Made by a program: the position numbers and the translations under genes. This document shows positions 1-10,916 of a stretch of DNA of 45,684 bases, piece after piece; position 1 is the first letter of the stretch, and the number at the start of each line of letters is the position of its first letter. The stretch is from Bacteroidaceae bacterium. GTDB lineage: Bacteria > Bacteroidota > Bacteroidia > Bacteroidales > Bacteroidaceae. The DNA lies in contig JBGUGM010000194.1 in assembly GCA_045111535.1 (NCBI GenBank), positions 1 through 45,684 of the forward strand, given 5' to 3'. The notes beneath the pieces were generated by a model. The model searched no databases. It saw nothing but the letters and a program-made list of their open reading frames with translations, and was not told the DNA's origin.

Positions 1-207
1 CTGGAGAAGGGTTTGCATGGCAGAGTGTTTGCCTCGTTTGTGGTGGAGAAGGACGGTTCGCTGAGTGACTTCAAAATCGTCAAATCTGTTGACCCCGACC
101 TTGACAAAGAGACATTGCGCCTTCTCAAGAGTATGCCCCGCTGGAGCCCCGGCACCATCAACGGGGAACCCGTCCGTGTGAAGTACACCGTGCCGGTGAC
201 ATACTAA
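1..207 (+). CDS. TonB-family C-terminal domain protein (5' end outside window)
   Basis: Frame 1 is open from base 1. The tail GLHGRVFASFVVEKDGSLSDFKIVKSVDPDLDKE...INGEPVRVKYTVPVTY looks like a TonB C-terminal domain. Stop at 205-207. Confidence 0.75.
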   Translation: MEKGLHGRVFASFVVEKDGSLSDFKIVKSVDPDLDKETLRLLKSMPRWSPGTINGEPVRVKYTVPVTY

Positions 208-234
208 CTTTCATCACTAAAAACTTGATCAACT

Positions 235-3200
235 ATGAACACCAAACACAAATTGCTAACCTTCCTGACGGCATTGGCTATGCTGATGCCTCTAAGTGCT
301 GTGGCAGATGGATACCAGCAAACATTAACAGTCGGATATAATTTTAATCCTCGCACAGAAACAATCTCTCTTACAAATGCTCCAAATAATCATGGAACAT
401 GTAGGGCCAGTTTTAATGTGTCAGGCGTCAGTGATATTGTAGAAGAGCATTTCAAAGATGGCACACTATACCTTAGAGGTCGTGCAACAATTTCAGATGT
501 GATTAATGCCTCATTTACAATTACATCGCTTTCGGAAACGGAGGGTGTTGGTTGGGATATGATATCTCTTACGATGGGATTAAAAGGAGATGAGTATTCT
601 AGTCGAAAGGAGGCCAAGGCGAAGCAATTAGTGAAAAGTGGGCTGCCAGGTGTTTCACTGAGTGCAAGTGTGAAAGAACTAGAACGTGGATGTGGGCAGA
701 AAACTAATCACACAGTGATATTAACAGTGGGTGGACGTACGGTGGATTCAAAGGAAACAGGTGTGGGAATGCCTAGTACCAGTGATTTCGCGTTCGAGGT
801 CTTTATGACGATAGATATTGATGACTATGAGGGCAAGGATGATAAGGCTGAAAATGAAGATGAGGCTGAAAATGAAGATCCTCCCATCCATGAGGAAGAC
901 AATGAGGCATCGGAAGAGAGTGGCACGATGAAGTTCCTGATTCCGATTGCTGTGGCAGTGGCGGTCGGTGGCGCTGTGGCAGGTGCAGCCGCAGGTGGTG
1001 TGGCAGCCTATCGCAGGAGGGCGAGGAAGAAGAAGGAGCGTGAGAGTCAGGGTCAGGAGGATGAGGACGGTGAGGAGGAGCAGGAGGAGGAGAAGGAGCC
1101 GGACGACCTGCGCATGGACTTGTACAAGGACTTTGGCGACACGCTGGTGGTGGGTGACGCTGCCCAGCAGGTGTGTGCCTGCATTGTCAGGATGCCCAAG
1201 AATGGCGCTGAGTTCACAGACGAGGGGCTGACCCGACAAATCCAAATCACCAGCGGGGACGACTATCTGGTGGTGGAGGATGGCGAGATTGTGAATGGCT
1301 GGAAGACGAGTTATGTCTATGCCCCCGAGATGGATTCCCCACCCGAGGAGGGCATCGTGAAATTCACCATCGCCAGTGCCGAAGGCTCCTACACGAACAA
1401 GATACACTTCAAGATTGTCAAGTATGAGGTGCTCTTCGGACAGGAGAACCTGACCATCCCTGCCCGTTGCGACATTGCCATGCGTCTCCCGTTCGCTGTT
1501 GTGGGCTTTGAGGGGGAGAAGGGTGTCACGGCGTACATCACGGAGAATGGCAAGGCGACAGAGGACTATTCGGTGGAGGTGGAATGGGATGACCAGGCGA
1601 AGCACTACTATGCCGTCATCCGTGACCAGTTGTTTGATCCCGAAAAGGATGAGGGCATCCCGGGCAAGTGGGTGACCTATCAACTGCATGTGGAGGCAGA
1701 AAACGACTGTGGCATGAAGGTGGAGGGTGCCCTGCCTGTGCTGCGCTTCTACATGGGTTTGACGCTTGAACTGAAGAGTCATGGCGATGTGGGTTGCTAC
1801 ATCACGGAGTATGACCCGATGAATCACCGCACCCATCTCAAGAATTGCTATAAGGTGAATGGCAAGGCGTTTATGCCTGAGGAGAACGAGGCGACGCTGG
1901 TGCTGTATGACTACGACTACTCCATCAACTCGCTGTTGAAGGTGGCTCCGGTGCCTCTGCCCAAGGATGGCTTTGTGGTGAAGGCGAAGGATGAGACCAA
2001 GCAGGAACTGGTGGATAAACTGGGATTCAGCATCGAGCCTCTGAATGACCAGACGAGTGTGGGACGCCTCTGCCTGATCCGATGCCTGAAGGGTATTCTC
2101 GATGCCCCCAACCGTATCGATGCCGAGGGTACGGTGAAGGTGAAATACAAGGGACCCAACGATGATGTGGAGAAAGTGCACTCGTGCACCTTCACGATGC
2201 GCCTGTGCTCGCAGAAGCGACGTGCCTTCCAAAACATGGAGGAATGGAATGCCGCGAGGAAGCGGGACCACCACGTTGCCGACCGCTTGCAGCACATCAT
2301 CGACAACATCGTTGCGCATGGTCAGATGGACCGTATGTTCCCATTGGCAAAGTTCACCCATATGCAACTGGAAGGCTATGATGAGGCTTTCGGCTATGAT
2401 GCCAGGAATGTTGCCCGCATCCAGCGCACTTATACAGACTTGCTGACTGGTGAGATAGGTGGTGTGGGTGATGACCTGCCACCAGAGGAGACGCTTTCTG
2501 ACGCGATGGGATGGTGGTATAACGCTTGGAAGCAAGTGGGTGACGATTTGGGAATATGTGGCCGCATTGTGGCAGGTGTCGGCACTTGGGGTATCTCGGA
2601 ACTTGTCTTCACGCCTATTGACTTTGTGGAAGAGATGCACGACTATGTCTATAACAAGAATGGCGACAGCGCATTGGACATGTTCTGGATTGGTGTCAAG
2701 AACGGAGCCTTCATCGTGTTGTCTGTTACTGGTACAGCAAGTACATTGAAGGCAAAGAACGTCACCCGCGCGGGGTTGAAGGAGGCTGTGGCAAATGCCA
2801 AGAAGGGCTTTGCGAAACCTTACAACACGCTGAAGGGATGGCTCTATCGGGATGCTTGCCAGAAGAGTGCCCAAGCAACTCAGAAGGCAGCCACGCTGAG
2901 TGAGATGCAACTGAAGGCTGCCAAGAATGCTCCGGTGATGGCTGGTGACTTGTGTCTTGACGAGGGAATGAAGGCTGGTCGTGCCCGTGGCATCGATAAG
3001 GTGAAGAGGCTTCGTGCCGCCATAGAATTGGAGAATGCGAACCCGTGCAAGGCGAACCGCATGTTGAAGAACCAGTTGGTGATGGAGGTGCAGGGTGACA
3101 AACAGGCGATGTATATCCTGAACACTGCCGGCGAGGGCTATGACGTTGTACGCGCGGAGTTCAATGGCTCGCTGAAGAAGGTGTACAACCAGGTGGATGA

Positions 3201-4008
3201 CTTGTGCAAGAAGGAATTCCAGAAGAAGTATCCTGGCAAGAAGATCATGATTGAGAACGCTTCTGCATCGAGTGCCGATGACCTGGTGCGAGGCAAGAAG
3301 GTGACCATGGACCGCGACACCACCTATTACTTTATGGAGGGTGACAAGAAGATTTACTTGCCTCAGGATGAGGTGGTGGAAATCTACAACCGCAACTTCT
3401 ACAAGGCGGCACGTCAACAGGTGACAGGTCAGTCGGTGCAGACAAGTGCGAGCAAGTCTGCACAGTATGAGAAATATGCCCGCAAGATGGACCAGACTGT
3501 GATTGAGGCTGTGGAGACACATCCTGAGAGTTATGGCAAGGACTGGAAGAAACTGGCTGACAAGTCCCTTCGTGGCGAGGCTCTGGACAATGCCACCAAG
3601 GTGGGTGACGCCATGACCTACAAAGGTGCTGAACGTTTCAAGGAAGCAGAGAAGATTCTTGCCGAAGCACGGAAGATGCCTGCAGGTGCGGAGAGACTGT
3701 ACCGCGAAGCAGATGCCGTGAACGAGTACATGGAGGGTTTGCGCCAGTTGGTCAAGCAATTCAACAACTATGTGAAGCCCTACGACATTGCCCGCTACAC
3801 CACCAACGGCACCAGCATGATTCCTCAGCATATGCGTGAAGCCGTGGATATGGCAAGCAGCATGTTCAAGAAGGGCTCAACTGTCTCGATAGACCAACTG
3901 CAGCGTGCTTTCCGTGCCATAGGCTATGACTTCTACCAGTTTGCTGACGACATGGGTGCCTGCATGAAGCGCATCTGTACCCCTAAATCGTGGGAGGTGG
4001 TGCACTAA
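235..4008 (+). CDS. Large membrane-anchored protein of unknown function (1257 aa)
   Basis: Uninterrupted 3.8-kb ORF with an N-terminal signal-like peptide (LTFLTALAMLMPLSAVA/DG). Next come a ~200-aa domain, the acidic linker DDYEGKDDKAENEDEAENEDPPIHEEDNEASEES, the TM helix FLIPIAVAVAVGGAVAGAAAGGVAAY followed by RRRARKKKERE, and ~950 further residues. I recognise no catalytic motif. Confidence 0.8.
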   Translation: MNTKHKLLTFLTALAMLMPLSAVADGYQQTLTVGYNFNPRTETISLTNAPNNHGTCRASFNVSGVSDIVEEHFKDGTLYLRGRATISDVINASFTITSLSETEGVGWDMISLTMGLKGDEYSSRKEAKAKQLVKSGLPGVSLSASVKELERGCGQKTNHTVILTVGGRTVDSKETGVGMPSTSDFAFEVFMTIDIDDYEGKDDKAENEDEAENEDPPIHEEDNEASEESGTMKFLIPIAVAVAVGGAVAGAAAGGVAAYRRRARKKKERESQGQEDEDGEEEQEEEKEPDDLRMDLYKDFGDTLVVGDAAQQVCACIVRMPKNGAEFTDEGLTRQIQITSGDDYLVVEDGEIVNGWKTSYVYAPEMDSPPEEGIVKFTIASAEGSYTNKIHFKIVKYEVLFGQENLTIPARCDIAMRLPFAVVGFEGEKGVTAYITENGKATEDYSVEVEWDDQAKHYYAVIRDQLFDPEKDEGIPGKWVTYQLHVEAENDCGMKVEGALPVLRFYMGLTLELKSHGDVGCYITEYDPMNHRTHLKNCYKVNGKAFMPEENEATLVLYDYDYSINSLLKVAPVPLPKDGFVVKAKDETKQELVDKLGFSIEPLNDQTSVGRLCLIRCLKGILDAPNRIDAEGTVKVKYKGPNDDVEKVHSCTFTMRLCSQKRRAFQNMEEWNAARKRDHHVADRLQHIIDNIVAHGQMDRMFPLAKFTHMQLEGYDEAFGYDARNVARIQRTYTDLLTGEIGGVGDDLPPEETLSDAMGWWYNAWKQVGDDLGICGRIVAGVGTWGISELVFTPIDFVEEMHDYVYNKNGDSALDMFWIGVKNGAFIVLSVTGTASTLKAKNVTRAGLKEAVANAKKGFAKPYNTLKGWLYRDACQKSAQATQKAATLSEMQLKAAKNAPVMAGDLCLDEGMKAGRARGIDKVKRLRAAIELENANPCKANRMLKNQLVMEVQGDKQAMYILNTAGEGYDVVRAEFNGSLKKVYNQVDDLCKKEFQKKYPGKKIMIENASASSADDLVRGKKVTMDRDTTYYFMEGDKKIYLPQDEVVEIYNRNFYKAARQQVTGQSVQTSASKSAQYEKYARKMDQTVIEAVETHPESYGKDWKKLADKSLRGEALDNATKVGDAMTYKGAERFKEAEKILAEARKMPAGAERLYREADAVNEYMEGLRQLVKQFNNYVKPYDIARYTTNGTSMIPQHMREAVDMASSMFKKGSTVSIDQLQRAFRAIGYDFYQFADDMGACMKRICTPKSWEVVH

Positions 4009-4053
4009 TGCGAAATAATTGCAGAAATGTTTGGTGGAATCATTAATTCTTCG

Positions 4054-4061
4054 TACCTTTG
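4054..4061 (+). promoter_or_regulatory. Bacteroidota -7 box (TAccTTTG), rimP-nusA-infB operon
   Basis: Matches TAnnTTTG within GTACCTTTGCAC, 127 nt upstream of the rimP ATG. Confidence 0.55.
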
Positions 4062-4075
4062 CACTCGAAATGAAT

Positions 4076-4097
4076 GAGGGGACTGAAAAGTTCCCTC
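4076..4097 (+). promoter_or_regulatory. Terminator-like hairpin in rimP leader / after upstream gene
   Basis: GAGGGGAC-TGAAAA-GTTCCCTC (one G-T pair) followed by TTTTCTTTG. Lies 15 nt downstream of the -7 box. Confidence 0.5.
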
Positions 4098-4187
4098 TTT
4101 TCTTTGTCAACTGCATGGCGGAGAAAGGGGGACCTTGTTCATTTTGCCACAATGGCTCGTGGCTGATTGTAAGTTTTTAATTATTGT

Positions 4188-4655
4188 ATGATTGACAAAA
4201 ACAAAGTGAAGGATTTGGCTCTCGAATGGTTGGAGGGCAAGGAGTATTTCTTGGTGGATGCTACGGTTGACGAGCAGAACAAAATCACGGTGGAGATTGA
4301 CCACAAGGATGGCGTGTGGATTGAGGACTGCTGTGAACTGAGCCGTTTCATCGAGGAACATTTCGACCGCGATGTGGAGGACTTCGAACTGGAGGTGGGC
4401 TCGGCTGGTATCGGGCAACCTTTCAAGGTGCTGCAGCAATACATCAACTCTGTCGGCTATGACGTGGAACTGATGACTGCTGAGGGCAAGAAGTTGGAGG
4501 GCTCGCTGAAGAGCGCTGACGAGAATGGCTTTGTGGTGACGGTGATCGAGAAGCAAAAGATAGAGGGGAAGAAGCGCCCACAGATGGTGGAGGTGGACAA
4601 GACCTTCGGCTATGGCGACGTGAAGTGGGTGAAGAATATCATTGATTTCAAATAG
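4188..4655 (+). CDS. rimP: Ribosome maturation factor RimP
   Basis: 155 aa, directly upstream of nusA-infB (conserved rimP-nusA-infB order). N-terminus KVKDLALEWLEGKEYFLVDATVDEQNKITVEID is RimP-like. Confidence 0.88.
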   Translation: MIDKNKVKDLALEWLEGKEYFLVDATVDEQNKITVEIDHKDGVWIEDCCELSRFIEEHFDRDVEDFELEVGSAGIGQPFKVLQQYINSVGYDVELMTAEGKKLEGSLKSADENGFVVTVIEKQKIEGKKRPQMVEVDKTFGYGDVKWVKNIIDFK

Positions 4656-4688
4656 ACGGACATTGAAACAACTAAAAAAACAATTATA

Positions 4689-5957
4689 ATGGCTACAAAA
4701 AAATTGACAGAACGTGTCAACTTGATAGACACTTTCAAGGACTTCAAGGAGACCAAGAACATTGACAGAACCACTTTGGTAAGTGTGATTGAGGATAGTT
4801 TCCGCAGCGTATTGCAGAAGACTTACGGTTCGGACGAGAACTTTGACGTGATCGTAAACCCTGACAAGGGTGACTTTGAGATTTACCGTAACCGTGTTGT
4901 GGTGGAAGATGGTGAGGTGCAAAACGAGAATGCGGAAATCAGCCTGTCAGAAGCTCAGCAGATTGACAAGGATTTCGAAGTGGGCGAAGAGGTGAGTGAG
5001 AAGGTGGAATTTGCCAAGTTTGGACGCCGCGCCATCCTAACTCTGCGCCAAACAATGGCAAGCAAGATTCTTGACCTCGAACATGATAACCTCTATAACA
5101 AATACGTGGACAAGGTGGGTCAGATTGTGAGTGGTGAGGTGTATCAGATTTGGAAGCGTGAGATGCTGCTGCTCGACGACGAGGGCAATGAACTGCTCTT
5201 GCCGAAGGGTGAGCAGATTCCTGGCGACTTCTTCCGCAAGGGTGAGACGGCTCGTGCCGTGGTGCTCCGTGTGGACAACCTGAACAACAATCCTAAGATT
5301 ATCCTTTCACGTACTTCTCCTGAGTTCCTGCGTCGTCTGCTGGAGCAGGAGGTGCCTGAAATCAATGATGGTCTCATCACGGTGCAGCGCATTGCCCGCA
5401 TCCCTGGTGAGAGGGCGAAGATTGCCGTGGAGAGTTACAACGAGCGCATTGACCCTGTGGGTGCCTGCGTGGGTGTGAAGGGTAGCCGTATTCATGGCAT
5501 CGTGCGCGAGTTGCACAACGAGAACATCGACGTCATCAACTATACGAGCAACATCAAGTTGTTCATTCAGCGTGCACTCAGCCCTGCCGCTGTGTCTTCC
5601 ATCACTCTCGACGAGGAGAAGAAGAAGGCAGAGGTGTATCTGCAGCCTGACCAGGTGAGCCTCGCCATCGGTAAGAATGGTGACAACATCAAGTTGGCAA
5701 GTATGCTGACGGGCTACACCATCGACGTGTTCCGCGAACTGGATGGTGACGAACCGAACGAGGAAGACATCTATCTGGATGAGTTCACTGACGAAATCGA
5801 GCCTTGGATCATCGATGCCATCAAGGGCATTGGTCTCGACACGGCAAAGGCTGTGCTGGGTGCTCCACGTGCGATGCTCGTCGAGAAGGCTGACCTCGAG
5901 GAGGACACTGTGGACGAGGTGATCCGCATTTTGAAGACAGAATTTGAAGAAGATTAA
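4689..5957 (+). CDS. nusA: Transcription termination/antitermination factor NusA
   Basis: 422 aa. S1 region (GQIVSGEVYQIWKREMLLLDD) and KH regions (ERAKIAVES...IDPVGACVGVKGSRI, AIGKNGDNIKLASMLTG), with conserved synteny. Confidence 0.97.
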   Translation: MATKKLTERVNLIDTFKDFKETKNIDRTTLVSVIEDSFRSVLQKTYGSDENFDVIVNPDKGDFEIYRNRVVVEDGEVQNENAEISLSEAQQIDKDFEVGEEVSEKVEFAKFGRRAILTLRQTMASKILDLEHDNLYNKYVDKVGQIVSGEVYQIWKREMLLLDDEGNELLLPKGEQIPGDFFRKGETARAVVLRVDNLNNNPKIILSRTSPEFLRRLLEQEVPEINDGLITVQRIARIPGERAKIAVESYNERIDPVGACVGVKGSRIHGIVRELHNENIDVINYTSNIKLFIQRALSPAAVSSITLDEEKKKAEVYLQPDQVSLAIGKNGDNIKLASMLTGYTIDVFRELDGDEPNEEDIYLDEFTDEIEPWIIDAIKGIGLDTAKAVLGAPRAMLVEKADLEEDTVDEVIRILKTEFEED

Positions 5958-5980
5958 TGTACAATTATAAATAGGTCTAT

Positions 5981-8851
5981 ATGGCAGTAAGACTGAATAA
6001 AGCATTAAAAGAACTGAATGTGGGAATCAACACCGTGGCTGAATTCCTGCAGAAGAAGGGTTTGGCGCTACAAGACGCGACGCCGAACGCTAAAATCACG
6101 GACGAGCAATATGCCATCCTTCAGAAGGAGTTCGGCGAGGACATGAAGCAGAACGCCGAGACGAAGCAGAAAATCCAGAACCAGAAGGTGAAGGAACAGC
6201 AGGAGAAGAAGGAGCGTCAGCAGGCTGCTCGTGTGGAAAAGGAACGCTTGGAGAAGGAACGCCTCGAGAAGGAAAAGGCAGCCAAGAAGCCCCAACTGAA
6301 AATCGTTGGCAACATCAACGACATGAAGAAGGAGGAACCCAAGCCGAAGAAGGAGGCGAAGGCTGAGTCCAAGCCCGCTGATGCTGCTCCGAAGGAGACG
6401 GCTCCTGTGGAGGAGGTGGAGAAGGAGGTTGCAAAGGCTCCCGCTGCACCTGTTGAGCAGACAGCAGAACCTGCACCTGCGGAGAATGGTGAGCAAGATG
6501 CTGAGCCCAAGGCAAAGAAGAAGGGCAAGCAGACTCCGGCTGACCGTCTGGAACAGGATGAGAATGGTGTCTATCACTTGGCTGCTCCTGTTGAGGCAGG
6601 TGTGCAGTTCAAGCAGGTGGGCTTCATCGACTTGTCGAGCCTGAACAGCAAGACGCGTCCTGACCGCAAGAGCAAGGCTGAGCGTAAAAAGGAACGCCAG
6701 CAGGCTCAGGGTGACGCTCAAGGTCAGGGCAATGGTCAGAAGAAGAAGCGTAACCGCATCAACAGCAACAAGGTTGACATTGATGCTGCTGCCAAGCAGA
6801 ACAATGGTCAGAACCAGCAGGGCAAGAAGCAGGGTGGCAAGCAAGGACAGAACAATGCCCAGCAGCAGAAGAACCAGCAGCAGGCTCAGCAACAGGGTTC
6901 TGGCAAAAAGAAGAACAAGAAGAAGCAGCCACCAAAGCCAGTGGAACTGACGGAGGAAGAGGTAGCAAAGCAGGTGAAGGAGACGTTGGCACGTCTCACT
7001 GCCAAGCAGGAGAAGAAGGGCGTGAAGTACCGCAAGGACAAGCGTCAGGCTATCCACGAGCGTATGGCTGAGGAGGAAATGGCTGAGAATGCAGAAAGCA
7101 AGGTGTTGAAGATTACAGAGTTCGTAACTGCCAACGAACTGGCGACGATGATGGACATTTCTGTGAATCAGGTCATTGCCACTTGTATGTCTATCGGTAT
7201 GATGGTGAGCATCAATCAGCGTCTGGATGCAGAGACCATCAACATCGTGGCGGAGGAGTTTGGCTTCACCACACAATATGTGTCTGGCGAGGTGTCTAAC
7301 GCCATCGAAGAAGTGGAAGATAAGGAGGAAGATCTCGAAAGACGTGCACCAATCATCACGGTGATGGGTCACGTTGACCACGGTAAGACTTCGCTCCTCG
7401 ACTATATCCGCAACACCAACGTGATTGCTGGTGAGGCGGGTGGTATCACACAGCACATCGGTGCCTACAAGGTGAAGTTGAAGGATGGTCGTAAGATCAC
7501 CTTCCTCGACACCCCTGGTCACGAGGCGTTCACCGCCATGCGTGCCCGTGGTGCCCAGGTGACAGATATCGCCATCATCATCATCGCTGCCGATGACGAT
7601 GTGATGCCTCAGACCAAGGAAGCCATTGCCCATGCACAGGCTGCGGGTGTGCCTATGGTCTTTGCCATCAACAAGATTGATAAGCCAGGTGCAAACCCTG
7701 ACAAGATCAAGGAACAACTCTCTGCCATGAACCTCTTGGTGGAGGAGTGGGGTGGTAAGTACCAGAGTCAGGACATCAGTGCCAAGAAGGGTATCGGTGT
7801 GGAAGACCTGATGGATAAGGTGCTGCTGGAGGCTGAGATGCTTGACCTCAAGGCAAATCCGAACCGCAAGGCGACAGGTAGCATCATCGAGTCCTCACTC
7901 GACAAGGGACGTGGCTATGTGGCTACGGTGCTGGTGCAGAACGGTACACTCCATCAGGGTGACATCGTGCTGGCTGGTACACACTATGGCCGCATCAAGG
8001 CGATGTTCAACGAGCGTGGTCAGCGCATCGAGAAGGCATTGCCTGCTGAGCCAGCGGTGATTCTCGGTCTGAACGGTGCTCCTACGGCAGGTGACACCTT
8101 CCATGTGATGGAGACTGAGCAGGAAGCCCGTGAAATCTGCAACAAGCGTGAGCAACTGAAGCGTGAGCAGGGACTCCGTACCCAGACACGTCTGACACTG
8201 GACGAGTTGGGACGCCGTATCGCACTGGGCGACTTCCAGGAACTCAACCTCGTGGTGAAGGGCGACGTGGACGGCTCTATCGAAGCACTCTCCGACTCAC
8301 TCATCAAACTCTCTACGGAGAAGATTCAGGTGAATGTCATCCACAAGGCTGTGGGACAGATCAGCGAGAACGATGTGGAGTTGGCACATGCTTCCGACAA
8401 CGTCATCATCATTGGTTTCCAAGTGCGTCCATCTGCTGCCGCCCGTCGTTTGGCAGAGCAGTATGGTGTGGACATTCGCCTCTACTCTATCATCTACGAT
8501 GCCATCGAGGAGGTGAAGGACGCCATGGAAGGCATGTTGGCTCCAACATTGAAGGAGGAGGTGACGGCTCAGGTGGATGTGCGTCAGGTATATCACATCA
8601 CGAAGGTGGGTACCGTGGCTGGTTGCTGGGTGACCGAAGGAAAGGTTCACCGCAACGACAAGGTGCGTGTGGTGCGCGATGGTATTGTGGTGCATACTGG
8701 CGAGATCCTTGCCCTGAAGCGTTTCAAGGACGACGTGAAGGAGGTGGGTCGCGACTTCGAGTGCGGTATCTCCATCGTCAACTACAACGACATCCGTGAG
8801 GGTGATGTGCTGGAAACTTACACCGAGGTGGAAGTGAAGGCTAAACTTTGA
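5981..8851 (+). CDS. infB: Translation initiation factor IF-2
   Basis: 956 aa. GTPase motifs [22 protein letters not shown] and NKID. Long K/E/Q-rich low-complexity N-terminal region. Confidence 0.97.
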   Translation: MAVRLNKALKELNVGINTVAEFLQKKGLALQDATPNAKITDEQYAILQKEFGEDMKQNAETKQKIQNQKVKEQQEKKERQQAARVEKERLEKERLEKEKAAKKPQLKIVGNINDMKKEEPKPKKEAKAESKPADAAPKETAPVEEVEKEVAKAPAAPVEQTAEPAPAENGEQDAEPKAKKKGKQTPADRLEQDENGVYHLAAPVEAGVQFKQVGFIDLSSLNSKTRPDRKSKAERKKERQQAQGDAQGQGNGQKKKRNRINSNKVDIDAAAKQNNGQNQQGKKQGGKQGQNNAQQQKNQQQAQQQGSGKKKNKKKQPPKPVELTEEEVAKQVKETLARLTAKQEKKGVKYRKDKRQAIHERMAEEEMAENAESKVLKITEFVTANELATMMDISVNQVIATCMSIGMMVSINQRLDAETINIVAEEFGFTTQYVSGEVSNAIEEVEDKEEDLERRAPIITVMGHVDHGKTSLLDYIRNTNVIAGEAGGITQHIGAYKVKLKDGRKITFLDTPGHEAFTAMRARGAQVTDIAIIIIAADDDVMPQTKEAIAHAQAAGVPMVFAINKIDKPGANPDKIKEQLSAMNLLVEEWGGKYQSQDISAKKGIGVEDLMDKVLLEAEMLDLKANPNRKATGSIIESSLDKGRGYVATVLVQNGTLHQGDIVLAGTHYGRIKAMFNERGQRIEKALPAEPAVILGLNGAPTAGDTFHVMETEQEAREICNKREQLKREQGLRTQTRLTLDELGRRIALGDFQELNLVVKGDVDGSIEALSDSLIKLSTEKIQVNVIHKAVGQISENDVELAHASDNVIIIGFQVRPSAAARRLAEQYGVDIRLYSIIYDAIEEVKDAMEGMLAPTLKEEVTAQVDVRQVYHITKVGTVAGCWVTEGKVHRNDKVRVVRDGIVVHTGEILALKRFKDDVKEVGRDFECGISIVNYNDIREGDVLETYTEVEVKAKL

Positions 8852-8869
8852 TAATTGATAATTGATATA
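8849..8869 (+). repeat. Short heptamer array (TGATAAT TGATAAT TGATATA) at the infB stop
   Basis: Read directly from the sequence. The first unit contains the infB TGA stop, and the array fills most of the infB-cvpA spacer. Confidence 0.7.
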
Positions 8870-8873
8870 GGGT

Positions 8874-9437
8874 ATGGATATACTCATCTATATCGTGCTG
8901 ATTGTGGGCGCCATCGTGGGCTGGAAGCAGGGTGCCTTCAAGCAGGTGGCGAATTTCTTAGGTGTGGCGGTGGGTTTGCTCATCGCCGCCACACTCTACC
9001 ATCAGTTTGGTGACTTCTTGGCAGACAAGACGGGTGCCAGCATCGGCTTTGGAAGACTGATTGCCTTTGTGCTCATCGTCATCATCGTGCCTCTTGCCTT
9101 GGGATGGCTTGCCGCTTTCTTCACGGAGTTCTTCAAGAAACTCAAACTCAACTTCCTCAACCGCATCGTGGGTGCGTTGGTGGGAGTGGTTTGCTATGCC
9201 TTGATTCTCAGTGTGGCACTCAACCTCTTCGACTTCATTGCCAGCAATGCAGGCTTTAAGCCCCAGAAGTTGGGAGAGCGCTCGGAACTCTACTACCAGA
9301 TGAAGCATGCCACGCAGGTGGTCATCCCCGACATCCTGCTGGTAACTGACCCCACAGAGGTTGCCAATGGCTGTGAACCCAAGTATGGTCTGAAACCTGT
9401 GGTGGATAAAATCAACCCGTCGAAGCAGAAGGAATGA
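8874..9437 (+). CDS. CvpA-family membrane protein
   Basis: 187 aa with four hydrophobic helices. N-terminus [25 protein letters not shown] is typical of CvpA/colicin V production family. Overlaps sufB by 4 nt. Confidence 0.75.
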   Translation: MDILIYIVLIVGAIVGWKQGAFKQVANFLGVAVGLLIAATLYHQFGDFLADKTGASIGFGRLIAFVLIVIIVPLALGWLAAFFTEFFKKLKLNFLNRIVGALVGVVCYALILSVALNLFDFIASNAGFKPQKLGERSELYYQMKHATQVVIPDILLVTDPTEVANGCEPKYGLKPVVDKINPSKQKE

Positions 9438-10915
9438 GCGAGAAGAACGAGAAAAAACAGGGTACGAACAGAACGAATGAGTTTGTACGCAGTGTGGCTG
9501 AGAAGAAGTATGAGTTTGGCTTCACCACTGACGTACACACCGAAATCATCGAGAAGGGATTGAACGAAGATGTGGTTCGCCTCATTTCTGAGAAGAAAGG
9601 CGAGCCCGAGTGGTTGTTGCAATTCCGCTTGGAGGCTTACCGCTATTGGCTCACACAGGTGCAACCCACTTGGGGACATGTGCATCTGCCAGAGATTGAC
9701 TATCAAGCCATCTCCTACTATGCCGACCCTACAGCCAAGAGCAAGAAGGGACCTCAGAGCGTGGAGGAGATTGACCCCGAACTGATGAAGACCTTCGACA
9801 AACTCGGTATTCCGCTGGAGGAACGTTTGGCACTCTCGGGCACTGCTGTGGATGCGGTGATGGACTCGGTGTCTGTCAAGACCACATTCAAGGAGAAACT
9901 CTCCGAAAAGGGCATCATCTTTTGCTCCATCAGCGAAGCCGTGAAGAATCATCCCGACCTCGTCAAGCAGTATCTGGGTAGTGTGGTGCCTCCCAAGGAC
10001 AACTATTTTGCTGCCCTCAACAGTGCTGTGTTCTCAGATGGCTCTTTCGTCTATATCCCCAAGAACACACGTTGCCCCATGGAACTCTCCACGTATTTCC
10101 GCATCAATGCAAGGAACACGGGACAGTTTGAGCGCACCCTCATCGTCTGTGACGAGGGTTCGTATGTTTCCTATCTGGAGGGATGCACGGCACCGATGCG
10201 TGATGAAAACCAGTTGCATGCTGCCATTGTTGAGATTGTGGTGATGGACAATGCCGAGGTGAAGTACTCGACCGTGCAGAACTGGTATCCAGGCGATGCA
10301 GAAGGGCGAGGTGGTGTGTTGAATCTCGTGACGAAACGTGGTGACTTGCGTGGGGTGAACAGCAAACTCTCGTGGACACAGGTGGAGACAGGTTCTGCCA
10401 TCACATGGAAATACCCTTCTTGTGTGTTGCGAGGTGACAATAGCCAAGCGGAGTTCTACAGCGTGGCTGTCACCAACCATCATCAGGAAGCAGACACGGG
10501 CACCAAGATGATTCATATCGGAAAGAACACCCGTTCCACCATCATCTCCAAGGGCATCTCGGCAGGGAAGTCGCAGAACTCCTATCGAGGACTTGTTAGG
10601 GTGGGTAAGCAAGCAGACGGAGCGCGTAACTACTCCTCGTGTGACTCCCTCTTGTTGGGCAGTCAATGTGGTGCGCACACCTTCCCCTATATGGACATCC
10701 ACAACAATACGGCTACCGTCGAGCATGAAGCCACCACTTCCAAAATCAATGAAGACCAACTTTTCTATTGCAATCAACGTGGCATCTCCACTGAGGAGGC
10801 TGTGGGGCTCATCGTGAACGGCTATGCCAAGGAAGTCATCAACAAACTTCCGATGGAGTTCGCTGTTGAGGCACAAAAACTTTTATCTGTATCACTTGAA
10901 GGAACTGTAGGATAA
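9434..10915 (+). CDS. sufB: Fe-S cluster assembly protein SufB
   Basis: 493 aa, first gene of a sufB-sufC-sufD order. Conserved C-terminal region [26 protein letters not shown]. Confidence 0.95.
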   Translation: MSEKNEKKQGTNRTNEFVRSVAEKKYEFGFTTDVHTEIIEKGLNEDVVRLISEKKGEPEWLLQFRLEAYRYWLTQVQPTWGHVHLPEIDYQAISYYADPTAKSKKGPQSVEEIDPELMKTFDKLGIPLEERLALSGTAVDAVMDSVSVKTTFKEKLSEKGIIFCSISEAVKNHPDLVKQYLGSVVPPKDNYFAALNSAVFSDGSFVYIPKNTRCPMELSTYFRINARNTGQFERTLIVCDEGSYVSYLEGCTAPMRDENQLHAAIVEIVVMDNAEVKYSTVQNWYPGDAEGRGGVLNLVTKRGDLRGVNSKLSWTQVETGSAITWKYPSCVLRGDNSQAEFYSVAVTNHHQEADTGTKMIHIGKNTRSTIISKGISAGKSQNSYRGLVRVGKQADGARNYSSCDSLLLGSQCGAHTFPYMDIHNNTATVEHEATTSKINEDQLFYCNQRGISTEEAVGLIVNGYAKEVINKLPMEFAVEAQKLLSVSLEGTVG

Positions 10916-10916
10916 T

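Noticed and set aside
748-3831. 1027-aa ORF on the minus strand
   Set aside because: It lies entirely antisense to the 1257-aa ORF. Its composition is Leu/His/Arg/Val-rich, typical of a shadow frame, and it has no motifs. The sense ORF has coherent signal/TM/domain structure.
6150-6960. Very long K/E/Q/N-rich low-complexity N-terminal region of IF-2
   Set aside because: IF-2 N-terminal regions are known to be variable and low-complexity across bacteria, so nothing suggests a separate feature.
6068-7717. 549-aa ORF antisense to infB
   Set aside because: Shadow ORF of the low-complexity K/E/Q-rich IF-2 N-terminal region, giving poly-Leu translation. infB identity is unambiguous.
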